From: an uncultured beta proteobacterium
GTDB taxonomy: Bacteria > Pseudomonadota > Gammaproteobacteria > Burkholderiales > Burkholderiaceae_D
DNA: 64,000 nt
NCBI GenBank assembly: GCA_963795885.1
Contig: CAWCJI010000006.1
Coordinates: 195,474 to 259,473, forward strand
Direction: 5' to 3'
The position numbers and the translations under genes were made by a program. The notes under the pieces are model-generated. The model did no database searches, was not told the DNA's origin, and was given only the letters and a program-made list of their open reading frames with translations. Each line of letters opens with the position of its first letter. The first letter of the stretch is position 1. Of the stretch, positions 1-9,646 are shown one piece after another.

Positions 1-1
1 A

Positions 2-442
2 ATGCACGAGGTCCACGTCGTCGGCACGTTCGTCGTCGCGAAAGCCGTCGTCGCCGTGATGCGGGCCGCGCGACGCGGCGGCGCGATCGTCCACGTGACG
101 TCGACGGCCGGCCAGCGCGGCAACGTCGAGCGCAGCGCGTACGGTCCGGCGAAGGCCGGCGTGATCGTGCTGACACAGGTGATGGCGCTCGAGCTCGCGG
201 TGGACGGCATCCGGGTCAACGCGGTATCGCCCGGACCCGTCGCGACGCCGCTCGTCGACGCGATGCACACCGAGGCGATGCGCGCCCGCTGGACGGCGCT
301 CGTGCCGCAGCGCCGCTACGCGGAGCCGCGCGAGATCGCGGAAGCGATCGCGTTCCTGCTCGACGATGCGAAGTCGAGCTACGTCACCGGGCACGTCCTC
401 AACGTCGACGGCGGCCTGCTCGCCGCGGGGCTGATGGACTGA
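2..442 (+). CDS. SDR family oxidoreductase (5'-truncated by window edge)
   Basis: YGPAK (YxxxK), IRVNAVSPG and YVTGHVLNVDGG motifs; Rossmann N-terminus lies outside the window. Confidence 0.9.
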   Translation: MHEVHVVGTFVVAKAVVAVMRAARRGGAIVHVTSTAGQRGNVERSAYGPAKAGVIVLTQVMALELAVDGIRVNAVSPGPVATPLVDAMHTEAMRARWTALVPQRRYAEPREIAEAIAFLLDDAKSSYVTGHVLNVDGGLLAAGLMD

Positions 443-473
443 TCGGGCCGCGGTGCTTGAGGCAAGCCGTCGC

Positions 474-542
474 CCCGGCGAAGGCCGGGCCCACGTGGTT
501 CCACAGCGCGGCCGGGACACTCGGGTCCCGGCCTTCGCCGGG
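474..542. repeat. REP-like inverted repeat pair between convergent genes
   Basis: CCCGGCGAAGGCCGGG (474-489) and its exact reverse complement CCCGGCCTTCGCCGGG (527-542); each arm is itself a small hairpin. Confidence 0.75.
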
Positions 543-557
543 ACATCCGGTTGCCCG

Positions 558-926
558 TCAGTCGGTCGGCGCGTGGCTGACCGCTTCGATGTTGTGACCG
601 TCGGGGCCGATCACGAACGCCGCGTAGTAGTTGGCGTGGTATTGCGGTCGAAGACCGGGGCCGCCGTTGTCCTGGCCGCCTGCCGCGAGCGCCATGTGAT
701 GGAACCGCCGCACCGCCTCGCGCGTCAGCGTCGAGAACGCGAGATGCATCGGCTTCTGCGCTTCGCCGGCGGACAGGAACAGCTCCGGCTTGCCGTCGCG
801 ACCGAAGCCGACGAAGTCGTCGCCGTCCATGATCACGACGATGTCGAGCGGTAGCAGCGCCTCCTTGAAGAACGCGCGGCTCTTCGCGAAGTCGCCGACC
901 TGGAAGCTGAGGTGGTCGAGGATCAT
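558..926 (-). CDS. VOC/glyoxalase family protein
   Basis: MILDHLSFQV...MHLAF...GGQDNGGPGLRPQYHANYYAAFVIGPDGHNIEAV; start ATG 926 with AAAGGA upstream. Confidence 0.9.
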   Translation of the reverse strand: MILDHLSFQVGDFAKSRAFFKEALLPLDIVVIMDGDDFVGFGRDGKPELFLSAGEAQKPMHLAFSTLTREAVRRFHHMALAAGGQDNGGPGLRPQYHANYYAAFVIGPDGHNIEAVSHAPTD

Positions 927-945
927 GTCCGTCCTTTCGTCGTGT

Positions 946-1812
946 TCAATGGGTCGGCGCCGCGATCGAAGCGATCTCGTTCGTTCGATAGGGCGGCAGG
1001 TCGGCGACCGGCTTGCCGACCGCCTGCGCATACAGCGGCATGACCGCCGGCAACCGACGCTGGATCTCCGCGACGCGGTTGGCGTCCGCCGGATGGTCCG
1101 ACAGGAACTGCGGCGGCGCGCCCTTCGACATGTGCTGCATCTTCTGCCACAACGCGACGCCGGCCCGCGGATCGAAGCCGGCCCGCGCCGCGAGCTCGAG
1201 CCCGACCGCGTCGGCCTGCGCCTCGTCCGCGCGCGAGAAGCGCAGCTGGAACAGGCTGTTCGCACCGCGCGCGGCGAGGTTCGTCAGGTTCGGATCGATG
1301 CCGAGCCACGCCGACAGCAGCGCGCCGCCGGCGCCGGCCGCCACCGCGCCATACAACTGCTTCTTCATCTGCTCGACGCCGTGTTCCTTCAGCGCGTGCG
1401 TGATCTCGTGGCCCATCACGATCGCGATCTCGTCGTCGGTCAGCGCGAGCTTCTGGATGATGCCGTTGTAGAACACGATCTTGCCGCCCGGCATGCAGAA
1501 CGCGTTGATCGTGTCGCTGCGCAGCAGGTTGACTTCCCACTTCCACTGCCGCGCGAGCGGGTTGACCGCGTACGTGTACGGCAGGATGCGCTCCTGGATG
1601 CGACGCAGCCGCTGCAGGTCGGCGTTGCGGTCGGTCGCGAGCGCGTTCTTCGCGCGCGCCTGGTCGAGCAGCTGCCGGTATTGCTGCGCCGACTGCTGCT
1701 CGAGCTGCGCCTCGAGGTCCTGTGCCGGCGCGGTCGACGGCATCGAGGCCGTCGCGACCGCGAAGGCGATGCCGGCCAGCGCGACGCGTATCCGTCGCAG
1801 TCCTCTCATCAT
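946..1812 (-). CDS. M48 family zinc metallopeptidase (exported)
   Basis: Signal peptide, INAFCMPGG, HEITH, FSRADEAQAD, FLSDHP. Confidence 0.92.
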   Translation of the reverse strand: MMRGLRRIRVALAGIAFAVATASMPSTAPAQDLEAQLEQQSAQQYRQLLDQARAKNALATDRNADLQRLRRIQERILPYTYAVNPLARQWKWEVNLLRSDTINAFCMPGGKIVFYNGIIQKLALTDDEIAIVMGHEITHALKEHGVEQMKKQLYGAVAAGAGGALLSAWLGIDPNLTNLAARGANSLFQLRFSRADEAQADAVGLELAARAGFDPRAGVALWQKMQHMSKGAPPQFLSDHPADANRVAEIQRRLPAVMPLYAQAVGKPVADLPPYRTNEIASIAAPTH

Positions 1813-3110
1813 CGTGTCCCGTCCGTCGTTCGTCGACCGTCATCCTGCCGCCACGGCGCGACCTTCGGCAATAGCAGCAGGCCCGGCAACCCGAGCGCGC
1901 CGCACAGCACGAAGAAATCGAACCAGCCCGCCGCTTCGACCAGGTAGCCGGCGCCCGCGTTCGCGAACGTGCGCGGCACGACCGCGAGGCTCGTGAACAG
2001 CGCGAACTGCGTCGCCGTGAAGCGCGGATCGGTCGTGCGCGCGATGTACGCGCTGAACGCGGCCGTGCCGAGCCCGACGCTCGCGAACGCCTCGATGCCG
2101 ATCGCGCACGCGAGCACGACGCGGTCGGGTCCCACGGCCGCGAGCCACGCGAAGCCGAATACCGCGAGCAGCTGCAGCACGCCGAAGACCCACAGCCCGC
2201 GGTTGATGCCGAGCCGCACGAGCCACGCGCCGCCGATCAGGCCACCCGCGACGCTCGCCCACAGGCCGACGTTCTTCGCGATCAGGCCGATCTCGGTCTT
2301 CGTGAAGCCGAGGTCGAGATAGAACGCGGTCGACAGCGCGGTCGCCATCGAGTCGCCGAGCTTGTACAGGAAGATGAACGCGAGCACGGTCACGGCCTGC
2401 GCCCAGCCGTCGCGCGCGACGAACTCGGCGAACGGCAGCACGACCGCGTCGCGCAGCGTGCGCGGCGGCGCGCCGCGCGTCGGCTCTTCGACGAGGAACA
2501 CGAGCGCGATGCCGGGCAGCATGAACGCGGCGGTGACCGCGAACACGACATCCCACGGCAGGTGGTCGGCCAGGATCAGCGACAGCGACCCGGGCACGAG
2601 ACCCGCGAGCTTGTACGCGTTGACGTGGACGGCCGTGCCGAGCGCCAACTCCTCGTCGGGCAGCAGCTCGCGACGGAACGCGTCGATCACGATGTCGAGA
2701 CTCGCCGAGAAGAACGCGAGCAGTGCGCACAGCACCGCGATCGTCGCGAGGTCGTGCGCGGGGTCGACGGTGCCGAGCGCGACGACGAGGCCGGCCACGA
2801 CGAGTTGCGTGACGAGCATCCAGCCGCGTCGTCGCCCGAGCCGCGCGAGCCCCGGCATCCGATAGCGATCGACGAGCGGCGCCCACACGAACTTCCACGT
2901 GTACGGGAACTGGATCAGCGCGAACAGGCCGATGTCGCGCAGCGAGACCCCGCCGCTCTTCAGCCACGCCTGCAGCAGGTTCAGCAGGATGAACAGCGGC
3001 AGGCCCGACGCGAAGCCGAGGAAGACGCAGATCAGCATCCGCCGGTTGAACCACGCGCGCCAGGTCGGCCGCGCGGGCACCGCGTCCGGCGCGTGCGGGT
3101 CCGGCTTCAG
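1809..3110 (-). CDS. ampG: AmpG family muropeptide MFS transporter (start uncertain: CTG 3110 or ATG 3038)
   Basis: LGFASGLP, PYTWKFVWAPLVD, LGRRRGW, DIVIDAFRRE, FLYKLGD, FTATQFALFTSL. Confidence 0.9.
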   Translation of the reverse strand: MKPDPHAPDAVPARPTWRAWFNRRMLICVFLGFASGLPLFILLNLLQAWLKSGGVSLRDIGLFALIQFPYTWKFVWAPLVDRYRMPGLARLGRRRGWMLVTQLVVAGLVVALGTVDPAHDLATIAVLCALLAFFSASLDIVIDAFRRELLPDEELALGTAVHVNAYKLAGLVPGSLSLILADHLPWDVVFAVTAAFMLPGIALVFLVEEPTRGAPPRTLRDAVVLPFAEFVARDGWAQAVTVLAFIFLYKLGDSMATALSTAFYLDLGFTKTEIGLIAKNVGLWASVAGGLIGGAWLVRLGINRGLWVFGVLQLLAVFGFAWLAAVGPDRVVLACAIGIEAFASVGLGTAAFSAYIARTTDPRFTATQFALFTSLAVVPRTFANAGAGYLVEAAGWFDFFVLCGALGLPGLLLLPKVAPWRQDDGRRTTDGTR

Positions 3111-4198
3111 CCCGCGAGTCCCGCGAGCGCGTTGCCGGTCATCTCGACGATGCGCTCGACGACCGAGCGCTTCCAGAAGTCGGTGTCGACGTAGAACGCG
3201 TCGCGGAATCGGCGCTTCAGCGCGCGACCGACCGGCGTATCGAAGTTGACGGCGCCGTGCGCATGCATCCAAGCCTCGGCCCGCAGCACGTCGAGCACGA
3301 TCTCCTCGGGGACGGTGCCGAACTCGAGCGCGAGCGTCGTGATTTCGGGCTTCGTCTCGTGGTCCTCGAAGAACGACCGGACCGCGTTCAGCAACGGGCC
3401 CTGCACGATCACCGAAGACGAGTTGCCGGCGTAGATCGCCGTGACGTCCGGGCCGTACCAGTCGCGCACGCGGCTCGCCTCGTGCTCGTCGTTGCCGGTG
3501 TAGATCGGCTCGCCGTAACCGCACGGGCCGAGGCCGGTGTGGATGTCGATCAACGCGAGCCTCTGCTTGCCGCGCCCGTAGCGCGACACGATCTCGCGGA
3601 ACGTCCGCGTCGACCAGACCGGCGCGGCGCCGCCATAGAACAGGCCGTCCGGATCGGCGTACTGACCGCCGGTGACGACCTCCTGGAATCGTCGGAAGCC
3701 GTGCGCGCCGATGTACGTCTTGATCGCGGCCTCGGCCGGCGCGAGATCGGCCCAGTCGCGCGGCACGAGGTGCGGCGCGAGCGACGTGAAGTCCGCCGAC
3801 GGCGGCGGCACCGTGTCGAAGTCGATCGCGTTGCGGTTCAGGTCGACGTTATCCTCGTTCGCGCGGCGCAGCCAGGCGAAGCCGTACGGATTGAGCGCGT
3901 GGATCGCCAGCACCGCGGTCCGGGCGGGCAGCGCGGCGAAGCGCAGGCTCTCGATCATCGACACGATGCCGCCCGATCCCGCAAAGCCCTCGACGCCGTG
4001 CGTGCCGGACATCAGCACGAGCAGCTTCGTCGCGTCCGCCGGTCCGAACAGCGCGACGTCGGTGGCGAGCGTCTCGCCGGTCGGGCCGAGGCCGGTCGGA
4101 TTCTCGAAGCTTTCGAGCGGCGCGTCGGCGCGATCCACCGCCTCGATGAAGCGCGTGCGCGCCTCGGCATAGCTCTCGGAGAAGTGGCGGACGGGCAT
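3107..4198 (-). CDS. M14-like zinc carboxypeptidase/desuccinylase family protein (DUF2817-like)
   Basis: SGTHGVEG, NPYG, RRANEDNVDLNRN, IDIHTG and LEFGT motifs; start MPVRHFSESY. Confidence 0.85.
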   Translation of the reverse strand: MPVRHFSESYAEARTRFIEAVDRADAPLESFENPTGLGPTGETLATDVALFGPADATKLLVLMSGTHGVEGFAGSGGIVSMIESLRFAALPARTAVLAIHALNPYGFAWLRRANEDNVDLNRNAIDFDTVPPPSADFTSLAPHLVPRDWADLAPAEAAIKTYIGAHGFRRFQEVVTGGQYADPDGLFYGGAAPVWSTRTFREIVSRYGRGKQRLALIDIHTGLGPCGYGEPIYTGNDEHEASRVRDWYGPDVTAIYAGNSSSVIVQGPLLNAVRSFFEDHETKPEITTLALEFGTVPEEIVLDVLRAEAWMHAHGAVNFDTPVGRALKRRFRDAFYVDTDFWKRSVVERIVEMTGNALAGLAG

Positions 4199-4292
4199 GA
4201 AACGATCCGAAGGGTCGAAGCGCCGTCGACGAGACGCCGCGAACCCGAGTGTAGCGAAGCCACGAACAGCGCATCGCGCTTCGAACCGATCG

Positions 4293-5220
4293 TTACACGG
4301 GACCCCAGGTGCGCAACAGCCGCGGTTGCCCATTGCAGCGGGTCCAGTCGACGGGCGCCGCCAGACGGCGCGACGCGGCGCGCAGCCACGGCCGCTCGAC
4401 GACACGGTGCCGTGCGATCGCGTCTGATGGACCGCCGGCGACGAGCTCGGACACGGTGCGGGGCAGCGACTCCGGGCTGCGCTTGCGGACCGCGAGGTGC
4501 TCGCGGACCGCTTCGTTCTCGAGCGTGCCTTGCGCCTGTCGCAAGCGTCGCTTGACGTACGTGCGCAGGCGCGCGACGCCGAGCGGCGCCACGTCGTTGT
4601 CCCAGGTCGCGTCGGCCACGACCGCGATGCGTCGCGGCGTCCATGCCTCCCGCGCGGGATCGGCGCCGAACGCCATCACGGCCCCGATCAGCGAGTCGTT
4701 GCGATAGAGGCCGAGCGGCAGGCGGAAGCCTCGCGCGCGCAGCAGCGAGACCGTCGACCCGCGCAACGCGTAGCAGTTGCCGTGCAGGCCGCCGTCGGCG
4801 AGCAAGGTTCGGCGCTGCCTCGCGGCCGACGGTCCGACCGTCGGCACCGCCGTCGCCGCCCATGCCCGTCGTGTCGTTCGCGAGCGCCGCGTCCAGCAGA
4901 TCGAAGCTGTCCGGCGCGGGCCGCACGTAGCCGTCGACGAAGAACGCGGTGTCGGCTTCGGGCGCCAGCTCGTGCAGATAGCGGTTCCACGTGCACGCCT
5001 TGTCGCGCCACGACACGAGCCACAGCCGCGTCGTGGTCGTCGCGGTCGACGGTTGCCAGTCCGCGAGCGCCGTCGCGGTCGCGTCGTTGCCGTCGACCAG
5101 CACGTCGACCGTCGCGCGATGGGAACCGCACGCGGCGACGACGGCCGCGACCGTCCGCTGCAGCGTCGCCGCGTCTTCCCGCGACGTGAAGATCGCGACC
5201 GACCAGGTCGGCCGATCCAT
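4293..5220 (-). CDS. Putative GT2-like glycosyltransferase, one frameshift near 4850
   Basis: [15 protein letters not shown]...VDVLVDG...DKACTWN...AFFVDGYV, continuing in another frame as GLHGNCYALR...LPLGLYRNDSLIG; ATG overlaps the metW stop (TGATG). Confidence 0.6.
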
Positions 5221-5825
5221 CAGCCGTGCCGGCCTGCCAGTCGGAACACCGCCACGCGGCCGAACAGGTTCGGCAGCACGCGCGCGACCTTGCCGCCGCG
5301 CAGCGCGAAGCGGTCCTTCAACGCGAAGCCGCTGCGATGCGCGAGATCGCGGAAGTCGGCGAACGTCGAAAAGCGCAGGTTCGGCGTGTCGTACCACTGA
5401 TAGGGCAGCGCGCGCGTGACCGGCATGCGGCCGAACGCGATCGACACGCGGTTCGACCAGAACGCGAAGTTCGGGAACGTGACGATGCTCTCGCGACCGA
5501 CGCGGCCGAGCTCGCGCAGCATCGACTCGGTATGCACGACCATCTGCAGCGTCTCGAGCTGCAGCACGGTGTCGAACGACGCGTCGCCGAACAGCGCGAG
5601 GCCGTCCTCGAGGTTCTGCTGCACGACGTCGACGCCGTTGCGCGTGCACGCGAGCAGCTTCGCATCGTCGAGCTCGACGCCGACGCAGCGACATCCCTTC
5701 TCGCGCTGCAGCCACGCGAGCAGCGAGCCGTCGCCGCAGCCGAGGTCGAGTACCGACGAGCCGGGCGCGATCCAGTCCGCGACGGCCGCGAGGTCGGGCC
5801 GCAATGCCGTCGATGCGTCGCTCAT
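5220..5825 (-). CDS. metW: Methionine biosynthesis protein MetW
   Basis: [51 protein letters not shown]; directly after metX. Confidence 0.95.
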   Translation of the reverse strand: MSDASTALRPDLAAVADWIAPGSSVLDLGCGDGSLLAWLQREKGCRCVGVELDDAKLLACTRNGVDVVQQNLEDGLALFGDASFDTVLQLETLQMVVHTESMLRELGRVGRESIVTFPNFAFWSNRVSIAFGRMPVTRALPYQWYDTPNLRFSTFADFRDLAHRSGFALKDRFALRGGKVARVLPNLFGRVAVFRLAGRHG

Positions 5826-6984
5826 GCGGACACCGTCGCCGCGATGCGATCGAAGTACGCAGCGACGAGCCGGTGGTAGCGCGCATCGTCGAGCAGGAAC
5901 GCGTCGTGGCCGTGCGGCGCGTCGATCTCGGCGTACGTGACCCGATGGCGGTTGTCGAGCAATGCGCGGACGATCTCGCGGCTGCGCTCCGGCGCGAAGC
6001 GCCAGTCGGTCGTGAACGAGACGACGAGGAAGCGCGCGGTTGCCGGCTCGAACGCCTTGGCCAGATCGCCCCCACGGGCCGCCGCCGGGTCGAAGTAGTC
6101 GAGCGCCTTCGTGATCAGCAGGTACGCGTTCGCGTCGAAGTACTCGGAGAACTTCGCGCCCTGATGCCGCAGGTAGCTCTCGATCTCGAACTCGGCGTCG
6201 AAGCCGAACGCGAGGTCGTCGGCCTTCAAGCGCGCGCCCGAATTTCTCGGCCATGTCGTCGTCGGACAGGTAGGTGATGTGGCCGATCATCCGCGCGACG
6301 CGCAGCCCGCTTTTCGGCACGACGCCATGCGCGTAGTAGTCGCCGCCGCGATAGTCGGGGTCGGTCAGGATCGCCTGGCGTGCGACGTCGTTGAACGCGA
6401 TGTTCTGCGCCGACAGCTTCGCGGTCGACGCGATCGCGACGCAGTGCGCGATGCGGGACGGATAACGCGTCGCCCAGGCGAGCGCCTGCATGCCGCCGAG
6501 CGAGCCGCCCATCACGGCCGCGAAGCGCTCGATGCCGAGCGCGTCGGCGAGTCGCGCCTGCGCGTCGACCCAGTCCTCGACGGTCACGACCGGGAACGAC
6601 GCGCCGTACGGCCGACCGGTCGAATGGTCGATCGACGCCGGGCCGGTCGAGCCGAAGCACGAGCCGACGTTGTTGACGCCGACGACGAAGAAGCGATCGG
6701 TGTCGACCGGCTTGCCGGGCCCGACCATGTTGTCCCACCAGCCGACGTCGGCCGAGCCGTCGTCGCGCAGGTGGATGCCGGCCACGTGATGCGACGCGTT
6801 CAGCGCATGACAGATCAGCACCGCGTTCGACCGCGCCGCGTTTAGCGTGCCGTACGTCTCGTAGGCGAGCTCGTAATTCGACAGCGAGGCGCCGGACGCG
6901 AGCGGCAGCGGCGCCCTCGAACGATCGGCGCTGCGGGGTGACGAGTCGGCGGTCCGTGCGCGAGGTGCGCGGCGTCGAATCCAA
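5822..6984 (-). CDS. metX: Homoserine O-acyltransferase MetX, two frameshifts (~6915, ~6232)
   Basis: [48 protein letters not shown] spread across three frames; TTG start with GGAAGGA SD. Confidence 0.92.
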
Positions 6985-7041
6985 CGGAACGATCCTTCCC
7001 GACCGGATGAAGGCATGAAGTCGGGCGGGTCGGGTGGTTCG

Positions 7042-7144
7042 CTCGCTTTAGCCGGATTTATTCGGGACGGACCTCGGTCCGTCCCAGCGCCCGCAAGCTG
7101 AAGCCGTTCCGACCAAAGCGGTCGGCGGGATCAAATCGGCGCTC
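7042..7144 (-). ncRNA. SAM-II riboswitch, long-loop variant
   Basis: Minus strand reads GAGCGCC-GAUUUGA-[insert]-CAGCUUGCG-GGCGCU-[9-bp hairpin]-GAAUAAAUCCGGCUAAAGCGAG; SAM-II hallmark motifs upstream of metX. Confidence 0.85.
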
Positions 7145-7183
7145 GATGCAGCGGGCCGACAGTAGCGGATGCGCGAGCCAGCG

Positions 7184-7621
7184 TCAATTCGCGCCGCCGG
7201 CGGCCGACCTCAGCGACCAGACGAATCCGATCGGCGCGCGAGCGGACCCATCGACGGTGACCGACCGGGTCTTCGCGTCGTTCTGGTAGGTCGCGGTCAC
7301 CGAGTACTTGCCGCTCGGCAGCTTCACCAGCAGGTACGGTCCGGTCGACGGCGCCTCGAACACCGTGTTGCCACGGCCGTCCTTGATCGCGACGGCGACG
7401 TTCGCCGCGTAGTCGCCGCCGGTCCGCGAGAACATCAGCGCGAGCGAGTAGTCCTTCATCTGCGACTTGAGATAGTCGACCTCTTCGCTGCCGGCGCCGC
7501 CGCTCAGGTACGTGACGTTGCCCTGCGTCTTCGGTTGCGGCATCGGCGCCTGCGCGAAGGCGGACGAGGCCGCCGCGGCGAGCGCCAGCGCGGCGATGCG
7601 ATGCACGATGGGGTTGTTCAT
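7184..7621 (-). CDS. Exported protein with carboxypeptidase-regulatory-like (transthyretin-like) domain
   Basis: Signal peptide ...SAFAQ, QGNVTYLSGGAG, GPYLLVKLPSGKYSVTA; GGAGA SD before ATG 7621. Confidence 0.8.
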   Translation of the reverse strand: MNNPIVHRIAALALAAAASSAFAQAPMPQPKTQGNVTYLSGGAGSEEVDYLKSQMKDYSLALMFSRTGGDYAANVAVAIKDGRGNTVFEAPSTGPYLLVKLPSGKYSVTATYQNDAKTRSVTVDGSARAPIGFVWSLRSAAGGAN

Positions 7622-7719
7622 TCGATCTCCTCGAAGCGACGGGCGCCGAGTGTAGACGCCTTCAAATGCATCGCCCGGCCGGAGCCGGGCGATGAACGAC
7701 AGGACGAACTCCGCTGCGA

Positions 7720-9264
7720 TCAGCCGAGATCGACCGGCACGAAGATGCGGTTGCGACCCCGCTGGACCAGCAGCGCCGCGTTGCCGCCCGACTTCGCGAT
7801 CAGGCCCTTCAGCTGGTCCGCCGACTGCACCGGCTGGCCGTTGAACGTCAGGATCACGTCGCCCGGCTGGATGCCGGCGTCGGCCGCCGCACCGGTCGCC
7901 TGCTCGACGACGACGCCGCTGTTGCTCGCGACGTTGCCGAGTTGCTTCGCCTCGTCGGGACGCAGCGGCCGCACGGCGACGCCGAGCCGGCCGCCTTCGG
8001 CGCTGGTGGACGCCTTCGCGACGGTCGTCGCGTCCTTCAGCTCGCCGAGCGAGACCGCGATGTCCTGCGGCTTGCCGCCACGCCACACCTCGACGTGCGC
8101 GGTCGCGCCGGGCTTCAGCGCGGCGACGCGCGACGGCAGGTCGGACGACCGGTCGATGTCGCGGCCGTCGAGCTTCGTGATCACGTCGCCTGACTTCAGC
8201 CCGGCCTTGGCGGCGGGACCTTCGGAGTCGACGTCGGACACGAGCGCGCCCATCGGACGCGGCAGCTTGAACGAGTTCGCGAGCTGCTGGTTGACGTCCT
8301 GGATCGTCACGCCGAGACGCGCGCGCGTCACCTTGCCGTGCGCGATCAGCTGATCCTTGACGTTCAGCGCGATGTCGATCGGGATCGCGAACGAGATGCC
8401 CTGGAAGCCGCCGTTCTCGGAGAAGATCTGCGAGTTGATGCCGACGACCTCGCCGTTCAGGTTGAACAGCGGGCCGCCCGAGTTGCCCGGGTTCACCGGC
8501 ACGTCGGTCTGGATGAACGGCGTGATGGCGTCGGTCGGCAGCGAACGCGCCTTCGCCGACACGATGCCCGCGGTGACGGTGTTCTCGAAGCCGAACGGCG
8601 AACCGATCGCGACGACCCACTCGCCGACGTTGAGCTTCTCCGACGAGCCGAACGACACGACCGGCAGGCTCTTCGCATCGATCTTGATGACCGCGATGTC
8701 GCTCTTCTTGTCGCTGCCGATCACCTTCGCCTTGTACTCGCGGCGGTCGGTCAGCTTGACGGTCACCTCGGTCGCACCGTCGACGACGTGCGCGTTCGTC
8801 AGGATGTAGCCGTCGCCCGACACGATGAAGCCGGAGCCGAGCCCGCGCTGGATGATGCCGTTGCGGGGGATCTGCTGCGGGCCGTTCGGGCCGTTCGGGC
8901 CGAACGGCAGGCCGCGGAAGAACTGGCTGAACGGGTCGTTGTCGTCGCTGTCGTCGTCGCCGCCTTGTTGTTGCTGGCGCCGCAGCAGGGCCATCGGCGC
9001 GTTGCTCGCGCGTTGCGTGACGGTGATGTTGACGACCGCCGGCCCGTAGCGCTGCACGAGGGCGGTGAAGTTGGGCAGCGCAACCTGCGGCGTCGCGATC
9101 TGCGGCGCGGCGGGCGCGGTCGGCACGACCGGCTGCGCGGACGGCTGTTCGACGGCGGCGTTGGCGTGCTCGACGAGCGGCGTCTCGAGGCGTGCGAGCG
9201 TGAAGCCCGCGCCGCCGAGAATGCCGGCGAGAACGAGGTTGCGGGTGAGGCGATTGAGTTGCAT
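7720..9264 (-). CDS. degQ: DegQ/Do family periplasmic serine protease with two PDZ domains
   Basis: GLGSGFI, LTNAHVV, DIAVIKI, NPGNSGGPL, two PDZ-like repeats. Confidence 0.93.
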   Translation of the reverse strand: MQLNRLTRNLVLAGILGGAGFTLARLETPLVEHANAAVEQPSAQPVVPTAPAAPQIATPQVALPNFTALVQRYGPAVVNITVTQRASNAPMALLRRQQQQGGDDDSDDNDPFSQFFRGLPFGPNGPNGPQQIPRNGIIQRGLGSGFIVSGDGYILTNAHVVDGATEVTVKLTDRREYKAKVIGSDKKSDIAVIKIDAKSLPVVSFGSSEKLNVGEWVVAIGSPFGFENTVTAGIVSAKARSLPTDAITPFIQTDVPVNPGNSGGPLFNLNGEVVGINSQIFSENGGFQGISFAIPIDIALNVKDQLIAHGKVTRARLGVTIQDVNQQLANSFKLPRPMGALVSDVDSEGPAAKAGLKSGDVITKLDGRDIDRSSDLPSRVAALKPGATAHVEVWRGGKPQDIAVSLGELKDATTVAKASTSAEGGRLGVAVRPLRPDEAKQLGNVASNSGVVVEQATGAAADAGIQPGDVILTFNGQPVQSADQLKGLIAKSGGNAALLVQRGRNRIFVPVDLG

Positions 9265-9292
9265 GACACGCTCCGATGGAAGATCGGAGCGG

Positions 9293-9325
9293 ATCGTAGA
9301 GTACGAGTCTTAAGCGAGCCTTAAG
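9293..9325 (-). promoter_or_regulatory. PmrA/QseB-type box plus -10 element of degQ
   Basis: CTTAAG-N5-CTTAAG (9309-9314, 9320-9325); minus-strand TACGAT at 9293-9298. Confidence 0.7.
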
Positions 9326-9646
9326 CCGTCCGCGCCGCGGACCATTCGACATCTGACCCGCGGCGGACACGTCCTCGTGCAGTCCCGGAATCCCCGTCGG
9401 CTCGCGACGGCCGAGGTCGGTCCGGCGGGCGAGCGGGACGGCTTGTCGACGTTCGTCGAGGCGGTGAGTCGTTCCGGCCCGGCGGTCACGATGACGCTGC
9501 GCTATGGGATCGCAGCCGGCGTGTGGCGACAGTTCTTCACGGTCGTCGCGCTCGACGACGCGGCGACCGAAGCGTTGCGGACCGGTGCCGGCTTCACGAC
9601 CTTCGCGTGGTTCGGCGCCGGTCGAGTGGGCCCGCTCGCACGTCGA

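Noticed and set aside
8875-8975. GGGCCGTTC tandem and Gln/Asp runs inside degQ
   Set aside because: In-frame low-complexity linker (GPNGPNGP, QQQQGGDDD) typical of the HtrA LA loop; not an array.
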